Positions 9,127 through 17,797 of a stretch of DNA of 64,000 nt are shown here, in pieces. Within the stretch, counting starts at the first letter, position 1. Every line of letters starts with the position of its first letter. Both the position numbers and the translations under genes were made by a program. The notes under the pieces were generated by a model. That model was not told where the DNA came from. It worked only from the letters and a program-made list of their open reading frames with translations, and made no database searches. Location of the stretch: the IMG/VR virus record IMGVR_UViG_3300033127_000053. The stretch is one strand, 5' to 3'. This DNA comes from an uncultured virus (IMG/VR IMGVR_UViG_3300033127_000053) (Duplodnaviria > Heunggongvirae > Uroviricota > Caudoviricetes).

Positions 9127-11227
9127 AACTAACCCTCGATTGTTCTGCTTGATAGTCGTTGTACAATTCGGCGAATAGGTCGCGCACCCGAGACTCAAAC
9201 GCCCGCGCGGTCTCTTGCGGGGATTCCGAACCGTTCGCATTGACAACGATAGAAACGTTCGGCGAGAATGACCCGCCTTGTGGCTGCGCGCCGCTTGCTA
9301 GGGGAATGCCAGAGGTAGAGTTATTCGTCGGCGTCACTAGGTTAGTGATGCTCTGATTCACACTTTTTGACCCCAAAGCTAAGCCCTGCGCGACCCGTTC
9401 ACTGATCTTGTAACCGGCGTTATGGGTAGGGTTAAGCGCATGCGCGAGCGGACCTTCTTTCACCGGCGAACCTGGTAGCTTCGAAGCAATCATGCCAACG
9501 ATGCCCGATATAGCCGCGCCGACCGGCCCCGCGCCACTGGCAATTCCCGCCGCTAATCTGGCGATGATTTGCGCGCCCGCTGAGAACATCCTTGGGCCTA
9601 GTGCCTGCACCTGTGAGACCGCCGACGCTATCAGCGACTGTATGGCCGATAGCACACCCGCCGCAGCCGAACGCACACCGGCGACCATCCGTTGAACAGC
9701 AGCAATCACACCGGCAACAACACTCGCTATGAATGGGCGCACCCTTCCCCAGTTGGCAATAATAGCCGCCGCCGCTGCGACGAATGCAGCCGCCAACGCG
9801 GCGATCGCGAGCGCAGGTAAAGAGATCGTGCCTACCAGCGCGCCCATCACCAAGCCGACGACCGTGCCTATCGTCGAGACTATCGGCAGTATCACCGCAG
9901 CCGCAGCGCTCACCGCAGACACGACGGTACCAATCACACCGGCAATGGTGCCAATTGCCGAAATAACTGAGCCGATGACGACGAGCACCGGCCCGGCGAC
10001 GGCTGCGATGGTGGCAAAGGCCAACGCGAACTGCGTGATCCGCTCGTTCCCCTCGGCAAACGCGGCGACGCGGTCAACTAAACTCGTCAGTTTAGGCAAT
10101 AGCTGATTAATGGCCGGTAGCATCGTCGACCCTAGCGTGATGCCTAAGTCGGTGACGTGGTTTCTAAAGAGCTGCATTTGGTTTGCAGTTGTCGCCGCGC
10201 GCGCCTCAAATTCTGCCTGCATGCTGCCTGCATACTGTGACTCGTCGCCGACCAATGCCAACGACTTAGCGAAGGCCTCAGCGTTGTTTGCCAGTGTGGC
10301 AAGCCCACGCGCGTCTGAACCCTCGCCTAACAGCGCTTGTGTAGCCAATGCTCTTTGCGCGCCGTCTAACTGCGCGAGCCCGTCAATCAGCATTTGAATA
10401 GCGCCTACGGCGTCTTGTTCGACGGTGTCTTGCATTTCCTGAGCAGAAATGCCTATCATCTCAAGCCCGGATTGGAACTTAGCCGTCTGACCCGTTGCCC
10501 CTTGAAGCTTAGGCAACAAGCTGGTTATAGCCGTACCTGCGACCTCAGGCGCGTTACCTAGTGCGATAAATGTATTGGCCAGCGCGGCGGCTTCGATGTT
10601 GGTCAGACCAAATGTTCGAGCAACACCACCTATGCGAGTAGTGGCGTTGACAATATTAGCCGCGCTCGCTGCGCTGTTGTTAGATAGCTGGTTGATGGCG
10701 TCACCCATGGTGACCGCGCCTTCGACGTTTAGCCCGTAAACGTTCATCATTTTCGCGACTGACTCACCGGCCTCGTTCGCACTGATATCGAAGGCGACGC
10801 CCATCTTAGCGACGTTCTCTGTGAAGTCTTTAATATCAGGCACGGCAATTCCTAACTGCCCACCCGCCGCCGCGATTTCGGCTAAGCCCTTCGCCGACGT
10901 TGGGATCTGGCTATCGGTCGCGAGTGATCGTATCTGCGTAGCAAGTTCTTTAGCTTCGGCAGAATGCCTATCAAGGTTTGTCACCTTGTTCACATCGGCC
11001 ATCGCTGATTCGAAGTCGATAGCAGCTTTAGCAGACCCGCCTAAAGCAAGCGCTAGCGGCGCGGTCGCTAGCGTCGCCTTTTTGCCAAAGCTGCTGAGCT
11101 GATCGCCGGTCGCTTTTAGGCTCCCGCTGAGCTTAGAAATACCGTCGATATTATCTTTAAGCGCTGAGACTTTTTCCGCGCCTTTGGTAATAACTTCTAG
11201 TAATATTTCTAGCGCTTCTACACTCAT
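9119..11227 (-). CDS. tape measure protein (TP901 family)
   Basis: AIDFESAMADVNKV, IAAAGGQLG and EFEARAATTAN motifs; Ala/Gly-rich. Confidence 0.95.
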   Translation of the reverse strand: MSVEALEILLEVITKGAEKVSALKDNIDGISKLSGSLKATGDQLSSFGKKATLATAPLALALGGSAKAAIDFESAMADVNKVTNLDRHSAEAKELATQIRSLATDSQIPTSAKGLAEIAAAGGQLGIAVPDIKDFTENVAKMGVAFDISANEAGESVAKMMNVYGLNVEGAVTMGDAINQLSNNSAASAANIVNATTRIGGVARTFGLTNIEAAALANTFIALGNAPEVAGTAITSLLPKLQGATGQTAKFQSGLEMIGISAQEMQDTVEQDAVGAIQMLIDGLAQLDGAQRALATQALLGEGSDARGLATLANNAEAFAKSLALVGDESQYAGSMQAEFEARAATTANQMQLFRNHVTDLGITLGSTMLPAINQLLPKLTSLVDRVAAFAEGNERITQFALAFATIAAVAGPVLVVIGSVISAIGTIAGVIGTVVSAVSAAAAVILPIVSTIGTVVGLVMGALVGTISLPALAIAALAAAFVAAAAAIIANWGRVRPFIASVVAGVIAAVQRMVAGVRSAAAGVLSAIQSLIASAVSQVQALGPRMFSAGAQIIARLAAGIASGAGPVGAAISGIVGMIASKLPGSPVKEGPLAHALNPTHNAGYKISERVAQGLALGSKSVNQSITNLVTPTNNSTSGIPLASGAQPQGGSFSPNVSIVVNANGSESPQETARAFESRVRDLFAELYNDYQAEQSRVSYG

Positions 11228-11432
11228 AGTTTTCGTTTCGGCCCGTTGTTTTTATTGCGCGATTTCTTTATCAGTTTTTCCTGATGCTTGTTAATCGCGC
11301 GCTGATACTCAAGAGTTTCACCAACCCAGTCACACATGTCTGCGTATTCCATTTCTAAAAAATGGTCTATTCCGGTGTGGCTGATTTTAGAAGCTGCGAT
11401 GACTTCAGCTTTGCTCGGGCCGCTGGAAAAAG
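11224..11432 (-). CDS. -1 frameshift extension of the tail assembly chaperone (gpE'/gpGT-like)
   Basis: -1 frame open from CTT TTT to a TGA overlapping the TMP ATG; encodes ISHTGIDHFLEMEYADMCDWV, resembling P2 gpE'. Confidence 0.75.
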
Positions 11433-11846
11433 TTCGATAACTTCTTCGGCGAGTGTGGCAACGCCTTCGAATCCGATTCCGTCTTCATCTTCGATTTCAC
11501 TAATGGTCAACGGTTTGCCATTATCAACACGCACAAAGCACGCGGTCATCATCATCAAGAACCCGGCGTCCGTGCTCTTTTGAGACTCGCGCACGAAATC
11601 GAAATAGACCCGCCCCGCGATCTTAGGTCGACGCATCACCTGATACCCATTAGGTAAGCTGATGATTTCCGTCGGCTTGACCAACGCCGCAGCGTCTTCT
11701 AACGAATCGACTGTAGGCACGTCATCAGTGCTGTAGTCACCGCGCAAGCTTTCGGGAATCATCCCCGCTGGAAGTATTTCGTCAATCGTCTTTCCCTCGT
11801 CGGTCGGGCTCAGTTCTCGGGCTGTGTTTAGTGCTGATTTAGGCAT
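11367..11846 (-). CDS. tail assembly chaperone
   Basis: lies between the tube and tape measure genes. Confidence 0.75.
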   Translation of the reverse strand: MPKSALNTARELSPTDEGKTIDEILPAGMIPESLRGDYSTDDVPTVDSLEDAAALVKPTEIISLPNGYQVMRRPKIAGRVYFDFVRESQKSTDAGFLMMMTACFVRVDNGKPLTISEIEDEDGIGFEGVATLAEEVIELFPAARAKLKSSQLLKSATPE

Positions 11847-11873
11847 GTTGTTTCTGGGAATTAGTGAAAAAAT

Positions 11874-12392
11874 TTATTCGCCGATGATGGCACGCTGCGC
11901 AGCCGTGTAATCAAACGTGGCTGTACGGTAGATGTTGGCATCACGGGCGAATTCCATAATCAAATTACCGTCAAATTCGATCTTGATGTAGTCGACATTT
12001 AGCACCGACTCTTGCTCGGGTTCATCCGTTTGGGTAATTTCGCCCATATTCAAAGATAGAAAACGCCCGCGCATAATCGTGTTTTTAAGCACGCTTCTAA
12101 TGAGCTGCGAGCCCACATACATTCCGTAAGCTTCACGCAGATTGATAAGCGCCGATGCATTCGGATTGGCTGCGGCATCGGCTAGTTGCGGTGAAAATCC
12201 CGCAGTGGTCAGCGTCGATTGCAATTGAGGCATGCGGCGCGCATACTCAGCCGCACCAATCAAGCCGATGGCCTCATGTTCGGTCGTATCCCAAGTGATC
12301 TCAGGCAATTCGATTCCCATGATCTGGCCAATCAAAGAGCGGCCATTTAGGTAAGTACCCGAGCGGATAAGTTTATAAACGGGGTTAGCCAT
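11874..12392 (-). CDS. major tail tube protein (P2 FII-like)
   Basis: YLNGRSLIGQ..IELPEI and LNVDYIKIEFDG motifs; follows the sheath. Confidence 0.9.
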   Translation of the reverse strand: MANPVYKLIRSGTYLNGRSLIGQIMGIELPEITWDTTEHEAIGLIGAAEYARRMPQLQSTLTTAGFSPQLADAAANPNASALINLREAYGMYVGSQLIRSVLKNTIMRGRFLSLNMGEITQTDEPEQESVLNVDYIKIEFDGNLIMEFARDANIYRTATFDYTAAQRAIIGE

Positions 12393-12446
12393 GAGTTGTT
12401 GTAGTTAATGGACAAAGAAAACAAAGCTCAAATAAACGGGTAAATC

Positions 12447-13919
12447 CTACACGCCGTCATCGCTGCTAATGGCAATATTTGACAGCAGATCGATATTAAG
12501 CGAACCCTTGTATGTAAGGGTTTCCATCGGTGTTGGCACCATCACTTCGAGCGAGAACGTTAGACGACCGGCGGCGATCTGCGAGTTCAGATTCTCTGAC
12601 CTATTCCAGTAAACCTGTGAGCCCGGAATCAACGCGCCGATCTGTATCTGCTCGATGATGAATTGCTGCGCCGTCGACAGAATTTGATCCACTAGCGCGC
12701 CGTTGATAGGCCGATCTAGGAATGGCAGTGAATTTCTTTGGATAGATTCGAGCGTGATCCAAAATGCACGGCTCACAGCGATGAAGTTAAGCGGGCTAGA
12801 ATCACTAGGCCACATCGCCGAACGGTTACCCCATACCCTGTACCCAGATCCAAATTGTTTAAAGATCGTGACGATGCCCGCGCCGTTCAACGCGTTCACA
12901 TCGGTATTAACATCCGTCAAACTCGCGGTTAGTCTTACCTCAGTGCCCCTACTGTTATCAATACCGTTGATGTCACGGTTAGACGGAGACCACCAGTACC
13001 CATCGGTCGCGTCAGTGCCCGCAACCACACCGGCAACATACTGCGACATCGGTTGAAGACTGCCGTCACTCGCATAAACACGCGGATAACAGAGAATAGC
13101 GAATTGTGAATTCGTGCCAAATGTGCCCACGGGCGCTGCGCCATTTCTTCCGGCGATGACCTCGTCGCGGGTGACGCCTGCGGGCGCGTCCAAAAAGAAC
13201 AAGGCCTTAATGCGTTCGGCCATCGCTTCTAGTTCAGTTGCGACCCCGCCATGCTCGTTATAGACCGGGCATAGGATCATTTTGGGCAAATAGCCTCGCA
13301 GGTTGTAAACGGCCATCACCGCTTGAATCCCCGTAGGCTCGCCGTCGACAATCGCGCCGATGATTTCGGCAGGTGTTACCAGCGACGGATCGGCAAAGGT
13401 GTAAGTCGCCGTCACCGCGCCGCGCGCAGGAATAGATCCCGTCTGCACGCGAGTAATCACGCCGGTGACCGCATTGACCGTGTAGTCGGTGCCTTCGGTA
13501 TAGCCAGTCAATGACGTCGTGCCCGTCAATCCTTCTGCATTGACTTCAAGCACGGACCCGGCAACCGTCTGCTTTAACTGGATAGTATCGTTATCTTCAA
13601 ACGTGTATGAAACGTTAGCCGCATCTGTCTTATGAATAGCCGCGTCGAACACGTTAATCATTTCGACTTGGCCACCGTTGTTATCCCTAATCGCATCGAG
13701 CGCATGCGGGATAGTGAAACCAGGCGTTTTAGGCCCGGCATATAGCGCGTCGTCGAAATCGCCTAGCAGTCGGCGGGGCTCATTCAAGCTGACATTTTCA
13801 GGCAGTAGCCGATAAGTCGGTGCCGTACCAATCAACGCAATAACGTTACTTGGTACAGTCGTGACCGGTCTAACGACCGTATCAGAGTATTCAATATATG
13901 CGCCGTGGGTAAAAACCAT
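12447..13919 (-). CDS. tail sheath protein
   Basis: FTHGAY, IALIGTAP, GYWWSPSN and GYRVWGNRS motifs. Confidence 0.97.
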   Translation of the reverse strand: MVFTHGAYIEYSDTVVRPVTTVPSNVIALIGTAPTYRLLPENVSLNEPRRLLGDFDDALYAGPKTPGFTIPHALDAIRDNNGGQVEMINVFDAAIHKTDAANVSYTFEDNDTIQLKQTVAGSVLEVNAEGLTGTTSLTGYTEGTDYTVNAVTGVITRVQTGSIPARGAVTATYTFADPSLVTPAEIIGAIVDGEPTGIQAVMAVYNLRGYLPKMILCPVYNEHGGVATELEAMAERIKALFFLDAPAGVTRDEVIAGRNGAAPVGTFGTNSQFAILCYPRVYASDGSLQPMSQYVAGVVAGTDATDGYWWSPSNRDINGIDNSRGTEVRLTASLTDVNTDVNALNGAGIVTIFKQFGSGYRVWGNRSAMWPSDSSPLNFIAVSRAFWITLESIQRNSLPFLDRPINGALVDQILSTAQQFIIEQIQIGALIPGSQVYWNRSENLNSQIAAGRLTFSLEVMVPTPMETLTYKGSLNIDLLSNIAISSDDGV

Positions 13920-13956
13920 AGAGAGTCTTATGAGCAGTTACCCGTAAAATTCCAAC

Positions 13957-14568
13957 CTATTCGGTACCTGCCGACCAAGGGTAAGTAGTGGCATCTAGAG
14001 GCACCGGATATTCAAGCGACTGCTCGGTTTGTTGCTCGTTTTCCGCACTGGCGATAAACTCAAGCCCGTTCAATATTTGCTCGCCGGCTGCGATCTTCAC
14101 GTCGTCTATGTCATCGACAAACAAGGGATCCGAACAGTCGGTGGCCACGATCAGAGCATGCGCAGCGAACGTAAATAAAAACGGCCATTCGTTCTTTTCG
14201 GGTGGCTCAGTAACAAAACTTACGGCGAACGTCTGATCCTTATAACCAGGCAGCACGACGCCGATGATTGATTGATATAGAAAATCTCTGACGACCCGCA
14301 CGCCGTTGTCATTCTTCAGATTACGAAGGCGACCTCGAATCACGAAGTTGGTCTGATACTGCTGTGATATCCCGCCTAGAGATTTTTCAACCGTAAAGGC
14401 AGTATCAGATAGAAAGTAAACGGCTAACACACCATTTCTAGCCACCTGACCGGCGACGCCCGGCGTGTTTGCGGAATCACGGCAAAGCAGCCCGCGCTTA
14501 CGCAACGGCGCGAGTCTCGTTAATATGTTCGCGATCGCCGTCGTGATCTGAGATGTGGGTGAAGGCAT
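13957..14568 (-). CDS. putative tail terminator/completion protein
   Basis: directly upstream of the sheath (synteny only). Confidence 0.55.
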   Translation of the reverse strand: MPSPTSQITTAIANILTRLAPLRKRGLLCRDSANTPGVAGQVARNGVLAVYFLSDTAFTVEKSLGGISQQYQTNFVIRGRLRNLKNDNGVRVVRDFLYQSIIGVVLPGYKDQTFAVSFVTEPPEKNEWPFLFTFAAHALIVATDCSDPLFVDDIDDVKIAAGEQILNGLEFIASAENEQQTEQSLEYPVPLDATTYPWSAGTE

Positions 14569-14671
14569 AGTTTAGACGTGTGCTATATTGTTGGTGGTTC
14601 AATTTTTGTTTCCTCTCGTTTTAGGCGTAGTCGGTCGGCTTGTCGGCTTGTTAAGGCGATAGTTCCTCTAA

Positions 14672-14717
14672 AGACACTAATAAACCGGGCTGTAGCGGTC
14701 CCGGTTTTTTAGTGTCT
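14672..14717. terminator. bidirectional terminator hairpin
   Basis: agacactaataaaccggg-10 nt-cccggttttttagtgtct, 18-bp stem with one mismatch. Confidence 0.8.
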
Positions 14718-14723
14718 ACGTAT

Positions 14724-15134
14724 CTAAGTAAGCCCTAAATACCTTGTATATATTTTTACAACACCTTGCGTATCCTCATCATTAATTCCTAGAAACCGGC
14801 GCGCGGCCATCCACCGGGTACCCATTTGGTGATAGATGCCATAGTCGATTGTTGTAAACACCTTGCCCGTCACACCAAGCGCGAACGATGTGATCGAGTT
14901 AACCAACGTGGTGGTCTCGATCAAGATATTATTAGTTGTCTTGCGAGCGAGCGTAGACGGTTTCAATCGAGCCCATGGCGCGTTATCGGGGTCTACTTCT
15001 TTGGCGAACCTGAGTTTAGTTTGCCGTTCTAAATAGGTGGTCGCTTCGAGTGTTGGTTTTTCAAGATTTTTGATCCGTTTAGCGAGGGTATCAAGCTTAA
15101 ACGTAGACCCTGAAACTTTGATGGTTATTGACAT
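14724..15134 (-). CDS. virion morphogenesis protein (Mu gpG/P2 gpS-like)
   Basis: RFAKEVDPDNAPWARLKPST and YGIYHQMGT...ARRFLGI motifs. Confidence 0.92.
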   Translation of the reverse strand: MSITIKVSGSTFKLDTLAKRIKNLEKPTLEATTYLERQTKLRFAKEVDPDNAPWARLKPSTLARKTTNNILIETTTLVNSITSFALGVTGKVFTTIDYGIYHQMGTRWMAARRFLGINDEDTQGVVKIYTRYLGLT

Positions 15135-15628
15135 CAGACAACCTCACTCCACGAAACATCAGAGGTAAAGTAACCGCGTAGTTTATCGCCAAGAATTTCT
15201 TGAATGGCGAATTTAGACCCGGTATCAACCATCAGCGTGAATACTCCGCGCTGAAGAACATTGTCGATATTGTCTCGGATAAACGCGCGGTAAACGTCAA
15301 TATCTTCGAAACTCTCAGGCAATGAAAACCCGCTGCTTACCCGCCATTGCACCATGTCACCCGTCGCGCCGGGCTTGATGACGTTGGGCATTTGTGGCGG
15401 GAAATTGCAGCGACCTTTCATTCGTTTTTGGTGAATGTCCATGTCTCTATCCATCACAGGCGCGACCCCGAATTCTGTTAATGACTGCTCACCAAGGCTA
15501 GCGATCATTATGAAATCGGTCGTTTCAATTTCCGGGGAACCTTCTTCATTGATCGGGTGATCATCGTCAATGGTCGGGTTAGCGGGTAATTGAAAAACAA
15601 TTGTCGCGTTAGATGGAAATACAGCCAT
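15134..15628 (-). CDS. putative head-tail joining protein
   Basis: coupled to the morphogenesis gene; synteny only. Confidence 0.5.
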   Translation of the reverse strand: MAVFPSNATIVFQLPANPTIDDDHPINEEGSPEIETTDFIMIASLGEQSLTEFGVAPVMDRDMDIHQKRMKGRCNFPPQMPNVIKPGATGDMVQWRVSSGFSLPESFEDIDVYRAFIRDNIDNVLQRGVFTLMVDTGSKFAIQEILGDKLRGYFTSDVSWSEVV

Positions 15629-15637
15629 GTCGTTTTT

Positions 15638-17791
15638 TTACTTAGTGAGTTCTAAATTAAATCCCTTCACCGTCCATCGCCCGTTAAGGCCAACGCTAAA
15701 GCCGTCAGCGCCTTTCGCCCCACGCGCGCCCGAGCCCTCGCGCACGGTCAACAGTCGACCATCGGTAACGCCCGTTAAAGAGCAGTTATGCAAATGGATG
15801 TCGCGCGACTCGGCATTCCTAAACATTGGCATTGCCCGGTGTGTGAAGTCGAAGATAGTGTTTTTAACCCGCCATGTCTTATTTTCGGCTTCGGTCATAT
15901 TGCGAGGCTGATGAAACACTGCTACCTCACCGGAATCGGTTTCAACGTCTTTTGCACAGGTGATCTCGCAGTTCTCAACAAACACGTTTAACGAGCCGAC
16001 CTTATAGTTATTAAAAAGACCTCGATTAATCTGCGCCCTGGTATCGAAGAATGCAACGAACCCCTTTTGCTTATCGGCTTTAGGATCATACTGGCAGGCA
16101 AAATTACCCTGCACATCCTTACGCTTATCGGCAATCACGCACTGTTGGAGCAAGACGCCATTACGAGGCATTTCGAGTCCGTAAGTCGTCTGAAAATAGC
16201 TCTGTTTGATATGCCAGCAAAGGCGACCGCCGACGACTTCGATGTCGCCGTTAGGCTTACGGATCACATTCTTAGCAGTCACCGGCGTGTTGCGGTGCTT
16301 AGGTAGCGATATCGCGCCGTTAATGATGCAATTCTCGACGACGTGCCCGACGTCGACGCGTTGGTGCGCACATTCTATAGCGAACGTGTTGGAATGGAAT
16401 TCGCTGTTCTTAATGTGGATATTTACCGCGCCGTGTGTCTTGAAACCAACGTGGTTACGGTATCGCGGGTTACCTTGCATGATGCCAGGCACCGCGTTTT
16501 CGACGACGTTGTTATAGAACCTAGGCCCGTGCACCATGTGACCCATGTAAGCACCGCCCGACTCGACACCGGGCCGTTTGCCTGCGCTGTTGAAGTTGCA
16601 ATGACTGATCGTCGTGCCGTGTGAGTAGTTATCGCGCACGCCCGACCACCCGAAGTTGATAAAATCACAACGTTCCATTTGCGAGTAATGGGCGCGTGGA
16701 AGATATACGGCACCGTGCAGGGTAACGCCGGTCATGTGCAAACCAAATAGCCCAATGTTACCGATCATCCCTTTCCCCGCAGGCACGGCGCGCACGAGGT
16801 AGTCGTCATACTTTTCGGGAATTTTAGGGGCCATGACGTCGTTGAACGTCTGTTTCCATTTCGAGCTAGACTTCAGCGGCCTAATCCGCGTCGACCCTGA
16901 CACGCCGACGATTCTACACATCGGCTTTAGTCGCAACGGCTCAGTGATTTCATAGAGACCGGGTGCCACATGAAAGATCTCACCTGGTTTACCGTTGTTC
17001 ACCCGTTTCACCAATTGCTTAGCATCACCGATCTGTTTAGATGCTTGAAAGCTGCGGGTGTTTGGCATCGACGGCGAATTCTTGTAAATATGCGAAGATA
17101 CCAGCGACGTCTTAAACTTGCCTGCTAGATGCCATTCGTATGATCTGATTTCATCTAAGCTGGGTGTGTCTGCCCAAAATGCCAGTTCGCCGACGTCGAA
17201 CGGCTTAGAATCTTTTTTAACCGAGCCGATAGAGCTGACGTTGATCGGCTTGCTGAAATTAATGTAGATAATACTGACGTGCCCGTTACGCTGCGTCGTC
17301 ACAGTTTGCCCGACCCCGAGATCACCACCGTCGACCGACAGACCGCCCCACAATTTAGGTGAAAACGTCGCGGTCACTTCAGTATCCGTAAACGATAAGG
17401 CCACCGACGCGCCGGGAATTTTACGAGGCTTTGCGCGCTTCTTTTGAACGGTTCTAAATGTCTCTTTAACAAGTGTCGACGAAGCTTTATCAGTTGCCCG
17501 CACGCACATCATGAGGGCCTTTACTTTTGTTGGGTTTTCCAACGTCATGAACGCGCCGCCGCCTAAGGTGACTGAGGGCTTACGGGCGATTCCCTTGGCA
17601 ACCGATTGCACAAAAGGCTTATGTTGGCCTGATTTTTGAGTGAACTTATCAGGCCCGTCGTCTACTTCGTTCCATATCGAAAACTTCCGACCCGGCGAGA
17701 TATCGTCGGTGATATACCGAGATGTGAACGCGCCTAAATGAGGCTGCCACACGGAAGGGTTAATAACTCGGTTCTTTTCTCTAGATTTCAT
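15638..17791 (-). CDS. right-handed beta-helix (pectin lyase-like) protein, putative depolymerase
   Basis: PGEIFHVAPGLYEITEPLRL cap followed by IxxCxF/IxNSxF strand repeats. Confidence 0.75.
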   Translation of the reverse strand: MKSREKNRVINPSVWQPHLGAFTSRYITDDISPGRKFSIWNEVDDGPDKFTQKSGQHKPFVQSVAKGIARKPSVTLGGGAFMTLENPTKVKALMMCVRATDKASSTLVKETFRTVQKKRAKPRKIPGASVALSFTDTEVTATFSPKLWGGLSVDGGDLGVGQTVTTQRNGHVSIIYINFSKPINVSSIGSVKKDSKPFDVGELAFWADTPSLDEIRSYEWHLAGKFKTSLVSSHIYKNSPSMPNTRSFQASKQIGDAKQLVKRVNNGKPGEIFHVAPGLYEITEPLRLKPMCRIVGVSGSTRIRPLKSSSKWKQTFNDVMAPKIPEKYDDYLVRAVPAGKGMIGNIGLFGLHMTGVTLHGAVYLPRAHYSQMERCDFINFGWSGVRDNYSHGTTISHCNFNSAGKRPGVESGGAYMGHMVHGPRFYNNVVENAVPGIMQGNPRYRNHVGFKTHGAVNIHIKNSEFHSNTFAIECAHQRVDVGHVVENCIINGAISLPKHRNTPVTAKNVIRKPNGDIEVVGGRLCWHIKQSYFQTTYGLEMPRNGVLLQQCVIADKRKDVQGNFACQYDPKADKQKGFVAFFDTRAQINRGLFNNYKVGSLNVFVENCEITCAKDVETDSGEVAVFHQPRNMTEAENKTWRVKNTIFDFTHRAMPMFRNAESRDIHLHNCSLTGVTDGRLLTVREGSGARGAKGADGFSVGLNGRWTVKGFNLELTK

Positions 17792-17797
17792 GGGGCG

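Noticed and set aside
9127..9246. N-terminal 40 aa of ORF 8863..9246
   Set aside because: Overlaps the TMP 3' end; ATG 9126 coupled to the TMP stop is the more plausible start
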